64,000 bases of DNA, from positions 1,300-65,299 of the IMG/VR virus record IMGVR_UViG_3300024219_000003. The stretch is one strand, 5' to 3'. Positions 27,413 through 36,642 of the stretch are shown one piece after another. A program made the translations under genes and the position numbers. Position 1 is the stretch's first letter, and every line of letters starts with the position of its first letter. The notes under the pieces were generated by a model. It ran no database searches and had not been told where the DNA came from. It saw only the letters and a list, made by a program, of their open reading frames with translations. The DNA is from a virus. Its lineage: Duplodnaviria; Caudoviricetes.

Positions 27413-29292
27413 GCGACGCAGCCCCGTCGCCGCCTCCGTTCGATCCATCGAAGCCGTTTACTCAAGCGGGGGGTGCCACCCCGCCGCCGTTTGACCCGTC
27501 GAAACCGTTTACGACGGTTACTCCTGCTGTTCCCGTTCCAGCTAAACCGCTATCGGTTGCCGACCAAATGGCAACGTATACCCAGCGGATGCGGGAACCG
27601 AACGCTGGGGCGATCGATCTAAGCGCTGCGACCGGAATGCCGCCTGCTTTGGAGCGAAGCGCAGAAATAAGTGCTGCTCATCCCTATGAGCCTGGGATGA
27701 AAGCAGGGCAGGTGATGGGGTCGGATCGCTTGGCAGATCCGATGCTTTATGGGTTCAGCCCAGGCAACATTGGTCGTGCATCTGTCCCTCCGGGTAATCC
27801 CGCCGCGACCGCTCGACTGAAGGATTTCGAGGCACAAGGAATCACGCCAAGTGTACCTGTTGTTGGACAGGGAAGGGCGACCGGGATTGCGGCACAGGCG
27901 GGACGCATCTTGCCGTTTTCGCCGGTCCAACGCGGGATCGAACGAAATACCTTAGAGATGCAAGGGGCGACAGAACGCGCGGCTGCCGGGCTTGGAACGG
28001 CGGTTGATGAGTTTGCGGGAGGCAATGTCGCGCGTAATGCGATGACCCGCTTTGCCTCAGATAAATCGCAGGCCAAGTCTGATTACAACACGTTCTTTGG
28101 TCACATGCGCGGCGCGCCGGACGCGCCTATTCCCAACACGCTGCGGGTTCTCACCGACTTGAAGGGGCGCTTTCCGAATGCGCCGGGGCTCACCGGGATA
28201 TTCACCGCGCCGCCTATCCTCCGAATGGAGGAAGAATTGCGGCCGCGTACCGTCAGCATTCCGGGGCAAACATCGCCCGTCCTCAATCAATTCGGCCAGC
28301 CGACCACCGTAACCCCTGCGCAGACCGTCCAGAAGGGCGGGAAACTTGGGATGGACGAACTCAAAGCGATGCGATCTAGGATTGGCGAGAAGTTGGAATC
28401 GCCGACGATTGGACCGGACAGCATCCCGCGTGGTGAGCTGAAGCAGCTTTACGGTGCTCTGACCGAGGATATGCGGTCAGCCGCAGCAGCGAGGGGGCCG
28501 GCGGCGGTCAGGGCGCTTGCCAAGGCGGAGGGCAATTATAAGATCCGCATGGGTATCATTGATCGGCTTGACGCGATCACGAACAAGGACGCGCCGGAGG
28601 GGGTATTCCAAGCCCTCGACCGAGCGGCAACGACAGGTGGCGGCCAGGATTCGGGGTTACTGAGCGCGGTCAAGCGTGTTACGACCCCGGCGGAATGGAA
28701 CGATATTGGGTCGGCTGTTATCCGGCGGCTGGGCAATCCGAAACCTGGACAGCCGCGCGCGCCTGGGGAGCCAGATTTCTCGGTCGGATCGTTAGCGACG
28801 AATTGGCGGAAGTTAACGCCTCGGGCAAAGGATATGTTGTTCGGCCCTGACAAGCCCGGGACGCCGCGTGCCGGCCTGGAGGAGTTAAGTCGGGTCGCGG
28901 CCTCTTTACAAAACGTTGGTAAACTCGCCAACACGTCCCACACCGCTGAGGTGGGGGCCGCCTTTGCGATGGTCGGAGAGTTGTTTGGATCGCTTGCGGC
29001 GGGCCGCGTTCCTATTCCTGAATTGGCGGCATATGCCGGTTCCTACGGCGCATCGAAACTATTGATGAGCCCAGCATTCGCACGCTGGCTCTACAAGGCG
29101 CCGAGCCTTGTGGGCAGCACCCCGTCTCCGGCAGGGGCCAGTGCAGCGTTGGTATCTCTAGGAAATGCGTTGACGGGGGATAAGAAGCAAGGAACGAAAG
29201 ATGTTGCCGAGCAGATCATAGGCGCTCGGCACGCTCGTCCGGCAGACACGTTCGGGACTGCTAACCCTGCCGCTGTTATGGGTATCCATTAA
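27409..29292 (+). CDS. large ejection (DNA transfer) protein
   Basis: 627 aa helical protein, third in the ejection cluster. Confidence 0.6.
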   Translation: MSDAAPSPPPFDPSKPFTQAGGATPPPFDPSKPFTTVTPAVPVPAKPLSVADQMATYTQRMREPNAGAIDLSAATGMPPALERSAEISAAHPYEPGMKAGQVMGSDRLADPMLYGFSPGNIGRASVPPGNPAATARLKDFEAQGITPSVPVVGQGRATGIAAQAGRILPFSPVQRGIERNTLEMQGATERAAAGLGTAVDEFAGGNVARNAMTRFASDKSQAKSDYNTFFGHMRGAPDAPIPNTLRVLTDLKGRFPNAPGLTGIFTAPPILRMEEELRPRTVSIPGQTSPVLNQFGQPTTVTPAQTVQKGGKLGMDELKAMRSRIGEKLESPTIGPDSIPRGELKQLYGALTEDMRSAAAARGPAAVRALAKAEGNYKIRMGIIDRLDAITNKDAPEGVFQALDRAATTGGGQDSGLLSAVKRVTTPAEWNDIGSAVIRRLGNPKPGQPRAPGEPDFSVGSLATNWRKLTPRAKDMLFGPDKPGTPRAGLEELSRVAASLQNVGKLANTSHTAEVGAAFAMVGELFGSLAAGRVPIPELAAYAGSYGASKLLMSPAFARWLYKAPSLVGSTPSPAGASAALVSLGNALTGDKKQGTKDVAEQIIGARHARPADTFGTANPAAVMGIH

Positions 29293-29376
29293 TGTGCTTT
29301 TCATCTAGGCGGCTTAACCACATCCAACGCGCAATTACGAAAATGACGAGGAACCATACCCACATGAGCGTGCCCG

Positions 29377-29613
29377 ATGCCTGATAACAACGCCGCGCTA
29401 GGCGACAAGCTGATCCAACTCGCCGAGAGCGTGTTGGACGACCTCAATACAGGGGAAAAGCCGCTCGATCAACGGATTGACGGGCTGAAGGCGGTGGGCG
29501 CGTTGTATTTGGGGCTGAAAAAGCATACTAAGGAACCCGAGCCGGAGGACGACGGCTTCTCGCTCAAGGCGACGCGCGAGCGGATCAGGGCGGTTGAGGG
29601 AGAGGGCAAGTGA
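29377..29613 (+). CDS. hypothetical protein
   Basis: ORF coupled to downstream gene. Confidence 0.55.
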   Translation: MPDNNAALGDKLIQLAESVLDDLNTGEKPLDQRIDGLKAVGALYLGLKKHTKEPEPEDDGFSLKATRERIRAVEGEGK

Positions 29614-29927
29614 GAGGCACGCGGCTTCAGGCGGTAGGCGAGGAAGATGCGGCTCTGATCGGCGAGGAACCGCCGGTTACTGTCCCGAATGTGCCACGCG
29701 AAACACGGCGTGCGGAATCTGCGTTGACCGGGTTGCTAATCACCAGCCTGCGGGCTTTGTCGCAGCGCACCGTCGTCGCGCTCGCCTCGCTGATTGACTT
29801 AGCGTTGCTCGGATCGGTTTTCGCCCTGATGCTGATGGTGATCTCGTCTCCGTCACAATTGCAATTGGTTGCCGTGGCCGGATACGGAGCGTTCGTTCTT
29901 GGTGCTCTTTGGATGAGGAGGAAGTGA
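29610..29927 (+). CDS. membrane protein (2 TM)
   Basis: Two hydrophobic C-terminal segments. Confidence 0.55.
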   Translation: MRGTRLQAVGEEDAALIGEEPPVTVPNVPRETRRAESALTGLLITSLRALSQRTVVALASLIDLALLGSVFALMLMVISSPSQLQLVAVAGYGAFVLGALWMRRK

Positions 29928-30106
29928 TGGACAAGTGGGAATATCTGACGCAGCCGATGCAGACCACGGATCTCGCGGCGCTGGGACAGGATGGGTGGCG
30001 GTTGGTGTCGGTTGATGCCGGCATCATGTTCTTCGAGCGCATGGTCGAGCCGCCGACCAAGGCGGAAGCCGCTGCCGCCGCGAAGGCAGAAGCAGCCAAG
30101 GCGTAA
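29927..30106 (+). CDS. small hypothetical (DUF4177-like) protein
   Basis: KWEYL...LAALGQDGWRLVSV...FFER. Confidence 0.55.
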   Translation: MDKWEYLTQPMQTTDLAALGQDGWRLVSVDAGIMFFERMVEPPTKAEAAAAAKAEAAKA

Positions 30107-30148
30107 TCATCCCTACCCTTCAAGAAAGGTTGGAGCAGATCACGCCAT

Positions 30149-32386
30149 GTGCTGAGAAAAACCCTCCTCGCGATCCTGATCGCCCTCTTCCCCGCTGTCG
30201 CGCTCGCGCAAGGGTCGGGTAATTTCACCGCCGGGCACGCGCTCCGAGCGACCGGCAATGGCGCGCAATACAGCGATGGCGGCGCGGCTACCGGGTCGGC
30301 GATATTCGGGTCAGGATACCTGACCGAACTCGGCATTACCAACACCGGCCTTCCCCTTTGCATCAACGATGCGCTCACCAATGCCACAGGCGGATATCAT
30401 CGCCTGTGCCTCGGAGCCAATTCGCTCGGTGGAGGGCTGATATCTTACGATGCGCTCGGCGGCGCATCACCTCTCCCTCTCCAATTTAGCGTCAACGGCA
30501 CCTTGTTCCCGGTCGGGTCGAGTAGTGGAGGGGGACTACCGGCTTTATGGGCGGCAGCTAATACCGCCGTCACACAGGGGCCTGGCGTTGTCGTCCAGGG
30601 GCTTAATTTCACCCGTAACAGCAGTGTCACGCAGCCGATCTACATCACTGACTTCAACCGACTGATCCTGGGCAATCCGTTCACAAGCCTGCCTTGGCTC
30701 ACAGCGCCCTGCACGCAATCAGGCTCTCTGTGTGACAACACTGCCCCGATCCTTCTTACTCATGGTGATCTGTGCTGCGGTGATCTTTACAGCTTCGGTG
30801 CAGAGACTGCTGAGGGCATCCAAGGCCAACAAATCGGAACCCGGATGGCTGGGGCACAGCCCGGCGGCCCGACGAGCATCAACGGAGGCGACATCAGCCC
30901 GCACACCGACGACATCGGTAGCGCTACGATTGAAGTCTACAACGACAGCACTGCATCCTCTGGTCCTGGCCCGCTACGGCTTGGGGGGATGACGGTTGTA
31001 GCTGGCGGTTCTGGCTATGCCGCCGGCTCGACATTCACCGTCGAGACCGGAGTCAATTGCAGCGTCAAACCAACAGGGGTCGTCTACACTATTGGGGCCG
31101 CCGGAACCGCAGTAGGAATCACGCTCAATCAAGGTCGAGGTGGGATTTGTGCGACACCAGCTGTCGGCACTCTCACCACAACCATGCTTACTGGTGGCGG
31201 CTCTGGTCTCACCGTCACAGGCACATTCGGCGCCCCTCCTTACATTGGGTCGCAGGGAAAGATCAAGCTCATTCCTTATTGTAGTGCTCCAGGCTGCCAT
31301 CAGGTAGTCGAGATTATAGGTCGAATTGCTCCAAGCACCTTGGGAGTTATCACTACGATAAACGAACTTGTAGCGAAGTTTACTCAGCCTCTACAAACAA
31401 CTGGAGCTAATACTCTAGATGTAGCCAACTCGGCAACACTGGACTACGCCAGCGGGTTTGCTAGGCTGCTCTCTGATGGCCCAGACAACACGACCAATGG
31501 GCTTTTCCAGTTGGTCAGTCAGCGAGCCAATGGATCGAATCCGTTGGTGGTCCTATCGACAGATTTGACGGGTAATGTGGCGCTGAACAGCGGTAATTTG
31601 AGCTTTCCCACGACTAATGGGGGGTTGCTCGCTCCTCTCAATGGGACGGTGTACAAGGACAATGTGACAAGTATTCAGAATAAGTCAGTGGACAACACAG
31701 GCCGATGCGGAAACTCGGCGATCAACTTTCTTGATAGCGCCGGGAATGAGCACGCCGCGTTTGGAATGACCAACACGAACAGCGCCGGATGCACGGTCTC
31801 TGGTTTTTCGCTCAATTACGCTTTCATTGAACTGAGCGATTTGAACAGTACCGGCAACAAGATGGATTTTGCGCTGCAAAACACCAATGTCCCAGCGTCG
31901 CCGTTTACCGCTTATCGGTACGACGGAACAAATAATGTCCATTTGTACAACAGCAGCGCGGGCGTAGAGAAGACGAAGATCGATGGCCAGAACGGCACGG
32001 TGACGGCACAGGGGCAGGTGAATGCGATTGGCGGGTTCTATCTGAATTCCGTTCTTCTGGTGTCCGCTGGGCCACCTGTTATTGCGAGCGGTGGATGCAC
32101 AACCGGGAGCGCGCAATCCATCTCGCAAAGCAACGGTTCAGCGGCGTTCGAGATCACCCTTGGCGGGGCTACTTGCGGTTCGACCATCACGTTGACGATG
32201 CCGGCGGCGCCACACAATTGGGTGTGCGACGCGCATAACATCACGACCCCAGCATCAAATGTCCTCGACATGACGGGCGTGGCCAGCACAACCGCCGTAG
32301 TGCTGACCAACTACGTGCGGACAACCGGCGTAGCGGGGAACTTCACCGGGGCCGACAAGTTGGCCGTGAAGTGTCTTCCGTACTAA
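30149..32386 (+). CDS. fibre/adhesin-like protein with Sec signal peptide
   Basis: MLRKTLLAILIALFPAVALA|QG; beta-rich with many paired Cys. Confidence 0.7.
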   Translation: MLRKTLLAILIALFPAVALAQGSGNFTAGHALRATGNGAQYSDGGAATGSAIFGSGYLTELGITNTGLPLCINDALTNATGGYHRLCLGANSLGGGLISYDALGGASPLPLQFSVNGTLFPVGSSSGGGLPALWAAANTAVTQGPGVVVQGLNFTRNSSVTQPIYITDFNRLILGNPFTSLPWLTAPCTQSGSLCDNTAPILLTHGDLCCGDLYSFGAETAEGIQGQQIGTRMAGAQPGGPTSINGGDISPHTDDIGSATIEVYNDSTASSGPGPLRLGGMTVVAGGSGYAAGSTFTVETGVNCSVKPTGVVYTIGAAGTAVGITLNQGRGGICATPAVGTLTTTMLTGGGSGLTVTGTFGAPPYIGSQGKIKLIPYCSAPGCHQVVEIIGRIAPSTLGVITTINELVAKFTQPLQTTGANTLDVANSATLDYASGFARLLSDGPDNTTNGLFQLVSQRANGSNPLVVLSTDLTGNVALNSGNLSFPTTNGGLLAPLNGTVYKDNVTSIQNKSVDNTGRCGNSAINFLDSAGNEHAAFGMTNTNSAGCTVSGFSLNYAFIELSDLNSTGNKMDFALQNTNVPASPFTAYRYDGTNNVHLYNSSAGVEKTKIDGQNGTVTAQGQVNAIGGFYLNSVLLVSAGPPVIASGGCTTGSAQSISQSNGSAAFEITLGGATCGSTITLTMPAAPHNWVCDAHNITTPASNVLDMTGVASTTAVVLTNYVRTTGVAGNFTGADKLAVKCLPY

Positions 32387-32399
32387 ACAGGAGGATGAC

Positions 32400-32552
32400 A
32401 TGCGCCGCATGATCGCCCTTGGGTGTCTCGCCATCCTGCTTTTCATCGGCGGGATGCGAGTACAGGCAGCCCAATCGTCATGGATATGGTGGGGAGCCAC
32501 CAACCCAATCCCCGTTTCGGCGGCCAACCCTTTGCCGGTGGCATGTCAATGA
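32400..32552 (+). CDS. 50-aa secreted peptide duplicating the N-terminus of the next protein
   Basis: MRRMIALGCLAILLFIGGMRVQA|AQSSWIWWGATNPIPVSAANPLPV; GGAGG RBS; ATGA overlap. Confidence 0.65.
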   Translation: MRRMIALGCLAILLFIGGMRVQAAQSSWIWWGATNPIPVSAANPLPVACQ

Positions 32553-34999
32553 AAAGAGTCCTCTCCATCGTTTTCGCGGTATTGCTACCTGTTGTCGGCA
32601 TCGCCAACGCGGCGCAGGAACAGTGGTTGTGGTGGGGGGCGACCAATCCGATCCCTGTAACTGCCGCCGATCCGTTGCCGGTCACGGTGAGCGGTGGCCT
32701 TACGGTGATGAAAACGGATGCATCAAACGCCACTTTACCTGACGCGCGGACTAATCTCGCGGTTCCCCATCTCAGCCCGGCATCGCCCGGCGGCGGCGTG
32801 GCGGCGTTCAGCATCCTCCCGCCGATCAAGGTGGTGAATGCTGCGGCCGGCCCGGCTGATAGCGCAGTGGGGGTCGCATCTCTCTGGGCGCGGAGCCAAT
32901 CGCCAGCAGCGCGAATAAACTTCTACACCCGGTTCAAATCGCGGGTTATCGACATTGGCGATTGGGGCGCGTGTCTCGCGGTCGATCAGGTGAAAACGAA
33001 GTTCATTTGCAACGACACCCTCGTCCCCGCCACTTACCAGGACGGAGAATGGCATAACTTCATTTTTGCATGGAACACCACGACCGGAGTTCTTCAGATC
33101 GCAGTTGACGGCGCACTCCTCGTCACCGGCCCGAACACCTCCGCCGGTGGCGCTTTTACAATTCCGATGAACGTAGCGTTGGATGCCAGCTTTGGCGTCG
33201 CCGGGTATCCTTTCGACGCCTCGGCGGCGGTCATAAACGGCTACGGCAATGCCGCTCAAGTAGACCTTGCTGAGTTCTACGTTGATTTGGCAAACACGCT
33301 CGATCTTTCTGTCGCCGCCAACATCGCGAAGTTTTATCTGGCCGGGGCGCCTGTGGCGCTCGGGGCGACCTGTGCCACCCCAACCGGGGCGCAGCCCGTC
33401 ACCTGTTTGAAGGGGCCGGCACCAACGGGCGCGACGTTCACGAATGCCGGGAGCGGCGGCAACTTCACGATCGGCGGCGGCGGCAATGGCCTGGTGGTCC
33501 CTGCGGTTGCGACGCCCGTCCGCAATCGGACAGCCGACCCGCCTCAAGACCTGCTGCTTTATTGGGACAGCTCCGACGTGAAGGAGGGCGGGAACGCGAC
33601 GATCCAGTCGCCGATCTACCCGCAAACCAACGCTTTTGTGTATCTCAGTTCCTCCGGCACGGGAGACCTCAACACCTTTACGATCACGCTGCCGAATTGC
33701 AGCAATCTGCTGAATACGCTCACCGGCATCAACGGAACGAAGGTCGCCATCACCGCCGACATGAATGTCGGCACGCTGATCGTCAACTCTCAATCTGGTG
33801 TCGTCACGAACCCGCCGACCAAGATCGTCGCGGGCAAGGCGTTCGGCTTCATCTGCTCAACCCACGCCGACAACCTGACCAAAGGCTGGTTGCCGATGGG
33901 GATGAACGGAAACCTCCAGGTTGATCCCGCCGATGCGCCCGCCGGCAACATGGTCATCAACGGGTTTTTCGACATCGACCAGCAGAACAACGGGGTCGAG
34001 ACGACGATCGGCGGCGGCGTCCGGGCGGTGGATAAGTGGCTCGGCGTCACCCCTGGCGGGCCAACGCTCAACCTGACAACGAAACAATCGACGACCAGCC
34101 CCCCGGCGGGTTATCGCCAATACCTGCACATCGCCGCAAACACCGGTGTTACTCTGTCAGCAGCACAGGCGATTGGTATACGGAATGTAATCGAGGGTAC
34201 GTATTGGAACGGTGCCGCCTATGGCACAGCATCCGCGAAACCCTTATCCTGTGGAGGATGGGCGCGGTCGAATACAATCGGCACCTATCCGTTCGCCCTA
34301 GTCAATGCTTCTGCAAATCGCAGCTACGTCACTACATGGTCGATCATCGCGGCGAATGGATGGGAGCACAAAACTATTACGATCCCGGGGGATACCACGG
34401 GGACCTGGGCCACTGGGCCAAATCAAATTGGTGGAGTGATACATTTCAACTTCGGCGCGGGGGCGAACTTCCAGACGACCGTGAATACGTGGGGTGCGGG
34501 CCTCTTTTACGACGTGTCAGCGACGACAAAACTTTCCACTGTCACCGGCGCGACGATGGACTTGGAAGCGTGGCATTGTAATTTCGGCTCGGCATTGCTT
34601 GATGAGAACCCGTTGCCGTTCGCGATGGAACTGACGCGAGCGCAGAGATATCTCGAAACTTCGATCCCGCTCGGCACAGCGATCGGCCAGAACAAGGGGG
34701 CGGCGGGTGCGGTGACGTTCCAGACGCCATACGCGCAGGCGACACTCGCGACCACGACAACCTATGTTCCCTTCCAAGTGCCGAAATTTATGAACACAGG
34801 GAACGCTCCGACGATGACCTTTTATTCGACGACCGTGGCGAGCGCGAACTGCTATAATGCGACGAGGGCGGCTGATGCTGGAGCCGGGGCGGCGGTCAAC
34901 ACATCGGATCATGGTTTTGGCCTGCAATGTACGATGGCGGCAGGTGATGCGCTCGGCGATGTCCTGCGTGTGCATTTCAAGGCAGATTCGCTGTTTTGA
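32549..34999 (+). CDS. fibre-like protein with signal peptide, LamG-like and carbohydrate-binding-like domains
   Basis: MKRVLSIVFAVLLPVVGIANA|AQ; DGEWHNFIFAWN...IAVDG; NMVINGFFDIDQ. Confidence 0.7.
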   Translation: MKRVLSIVFAVLLPVVGIANAAQEQWLWWGATNPIPVTAADPLPVTVSGGLTVMKTDASNATLPDARTNLAVPHLSPASPGGGVAAFSILPPIKVVNAAAGPADSAVGVASLWARSQSPAARINFYTRFKSRVIDIGDWGACLAVDQVKTKFICNDTLVPATYQDGEWHNFIFAWNTTTGVLQIAVDGALLVTGPNTSAGGAFTIPMNVALDASFGVAGYPFDASAAVINGYGNAAQVDLAEFYVDLANTLDLSVAANIAKFYLAGAPVALGATCATPTGAQPVTCLKGPAPTGATFTNAGSGGNFTIGGGGNGLVVPAVATPVRNRTADPPQDLLLYWDSSDVKEGGNATIQSPIYPQTNAFVYLSSSGTGDLNTFTITLPNCSNLLNTLTGINGTKVAITADMNVGTLIVNSQSGVVTNPPTKIVAGKAFGFICSTHADNLTKGWLPMGMNGNLQVDPADAPAGNMVINGFFDIDQQNNGVETTIGGGVRAVDKWLGVTPGGPTLNLTTKQSTTSPPAGYRQYLHIAANTGVTLSAAQAIGIRNVIEGTYWNGAAYGTASAKPLSCGGWARSNTIGTYPFALVNASANRSYVTTWSIIAANGWEHKTITIPGDTTGTWATGPNQIGGVIHFNFGAGANFQTTVNTWGAGLFYDVSATTKLSTVTGATMDLEAWHCNFGSALLDENPLPFAMELTRAQRYLETSIPLGTAIGQNKGAAGAVTFQTPYAQATLATTTTYVPFQVPKFMNTGNAPTMTFYSTTVASANCYNATRAADAGAGAAVNTSDHGFGLQCTMAAGDALGDVLRVHFKADSLF

Positions 35000-35018
35000 G
35001 AGGAGGAACCTTCGCGCG

Positions 35019-35534
35019 ATGAAAAAGCTCCTTCCAGCCTTTGCCGTCATCTGCCTGCTGTCTATCCCGGCGGGGGCCGTAGATCTGAGTAAGACTCCGA
35101 TCTATCCGCAGGTGCCGGTCGCGTGCGGCTCGACATGTACGCTCGGCGCGGCGAACAAGGACACTTACACCCAACTCAATCAGGCAGGCGGGTCGGTAGC
35201 GACGTTGCCGGCTGCAACCGGCACAGGCAATACCTACAAGCTATACATCAGTGTGGCGACCACGAGCGCGGCGGACAAGGTGCTGACCAACCCGATCACC
35301 GATACGATCATCGGCACGGCGCAAGGGGAGAACGCGGGCACGGCCAAGGTCTTTGTCGGTAACGCTGGGACGTTCCACTCGATCCAGATGCCCTTCGCCG
35401 GCTCGCAGCCTTCTGGCGGGTTCATCGGAGACACAATTGAATGCACCGATGTTGCTTCGGCGATCTGGAAGTGTGACATCAAGTACCAGGCGGGCACGAC
35501 CCCGACGACGCCTTACAGCACGGCGACTTCGTAG
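35019..35534 (+). CDS. secreted beta-rich structural-like protein
   Basis: MKKLLPAFAVICLLSIPAGA|VD; TLPAATGTGNTY. Confidence 0.65.
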   Translation: MKKLLPAFAVICLLSIPAGAVDLSKTPIYPQVPVACGSTCTLGAANKDTYTQLNQAGGSVATLPAATGTGNTYKLYISVATTSAADKVLTNPITDTIIGTAQGENAGTAKVFVGNAGTFHSIQMPFAGSQPSGGFIGDTIECTDVASAIWKCDIKYQAGTTPTTPYSTATS

Positions 35535-35551
35535 CGGCTGATTAGAAGGCC

Positions 35552-36172
35552 ATGCGCGCCATCGCCCCGATCGTTCTGATCGGCCTATTCGCCACTTCGA
35601 CACCGGCGGTATTGGCAGACAGTCCTGCCGGCATCCCGGTCGATGCCAAAGGCGGGCCGACAATCGACCCGACCAAGAACGTCCTGGATCTGGTCCTGGC
35701 CGCCGTGAAGCGCATCGACGATCTCATGGCGAGGGCAGACAAGCGGCAGGACGATCTTAGAGAGGCCGAGCAAAAATACCAGAATGCTATGCGCATGATG
35801 GCGGACGGTCGCTTGAACGATCTGCGCGAAGCTGATACCCGGCGGGTCAACGAGTTGAGAGAGGCTGAAACCCGGCGCCTCAATGAACTTCTGGCGCAGA
35901 AACAGGTCTTTGATCTTGAGTTGGCCCGGGTCATCCGATCGAATGTGGACTCATCCACCCTGCTCCTGGCGACCCAACTCAAAGAGGTCAAGCTGGACCT
36001 GTCCGATAGAACCGCAAAGCTCGAACAGTTCCGCTGGGAGGCTGGTGGCAAAGGAGCCGGGCAAGGGGATCTGATCAACTGGGGAATATTGATTCTCGGC
36101 ATCATCATCGGTGGGGTGGGTTTGTTCTGGCGACGCTCGCCATCAGCGGCGCCTGTGGAGGTTCCACGATGA
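35552..36172 (+). CDS. signal peptide + coiled coil + C-terminal TM protein
   Basis: MRAIAPIVLIGLFATSTPAVLA|D; WGILILGIIIGGVGLFWRR. Confidence 0.6.
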   Translation: MRAIAPIVLIGLFATSTPAVLADSPAGIPVDAKGGPTIDPTKNVLDLVLAAVKRIDDLMARADKRQDDLREAEQKYQNAMRMMADGRLNDLREADTRRVNELREAETRRLNELLAQKQVFDLELARVIRSNVDSSTLLLATQLKEVKLDLSDRTAKLEQFRWEAGGKGAGQGDLINWGILILGIIIGGVGLFWRRSPSAAPVEVPR

Positions 36173-36432
36173 CCGGAATCATCGAGCACGATTTCTCACT
36201 CGGCGATACCTGCCCTCATTGCGGCACGCCGAAGGCGTTGCAGGAGAAAAAGCCGAACTGCGTGCCGAGGTGGAGTGCCGAGGTGGCGCCTCGTGCCACG
36301 CATACCGGGCAGAGTGCCGGCGATTATGCGGCCGATGACGCGGAGGTGATCTCCCGGCGACTCCGCGAACTGGCAGCTGAGCGGCTGGCCGCGCAGAATG
36401 CGTCGGACGAGCCGCCGAGTGCGCCGCCATAG
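36169..36432 (+). CDS. hypothetical protein
   Basis: CPHCG motif; ATGA coupling. Confidence 0.5.
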   Translation: MTGIIEHDFSLGDTCPHCGTPKALQEKKPNCVPRWSAEVAPRATHTGQSAGDYAADDAEVISRRLRELAAERLAAQNASDEPPSAPP

Positions 36433-36439
36433 AGTTCGT

Positions 36440-36467
36440 TTGCATCAAGACGAAATAGGTGTACGCT
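36440..36467 (+). promoter_or_regulatory. putative sigma70 promoter of the lysis cassette
   Basis: TTGCAT-16-TACGCT, with ATG 7 nt downstream. Confidence 0.4.
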
Positions 36468-36474
36468 GTATTAC

Positions 36475-36642
36475 ATGGAGCAGCGCACCATCAACGTCCG
36501 CGTCCCGGACAATCTTCTGCGGGAGTTCGATGAATGGTGCGCCCGGCAGGAGGTCACGCTGACCCGGAGTGAGGCAATCCGTCAGGCGATGACGCGCGTG
36601 ATGGCTTATTCTATACGCGTTCGGGCGGAGGCGGGGAAATGA
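36475..36642 (+). CDS. ribbon-helix-helix (CopG-like) regulator
   Basis: RTINVRVPDNLLREFDEW...TRSEAIRQAM. Confidence 0.75.
   Translation: MEQRTINVRVPDNLLREFDEWCARQEVTLTRSEAIRQAMTRVMAYSIRVRAEAGK

Noticed and set aside
30149-34999. Diversity-generating retroelement acting on the fibres
   Set aside because: No reverse transcriptase or template/variable repeat pair seen
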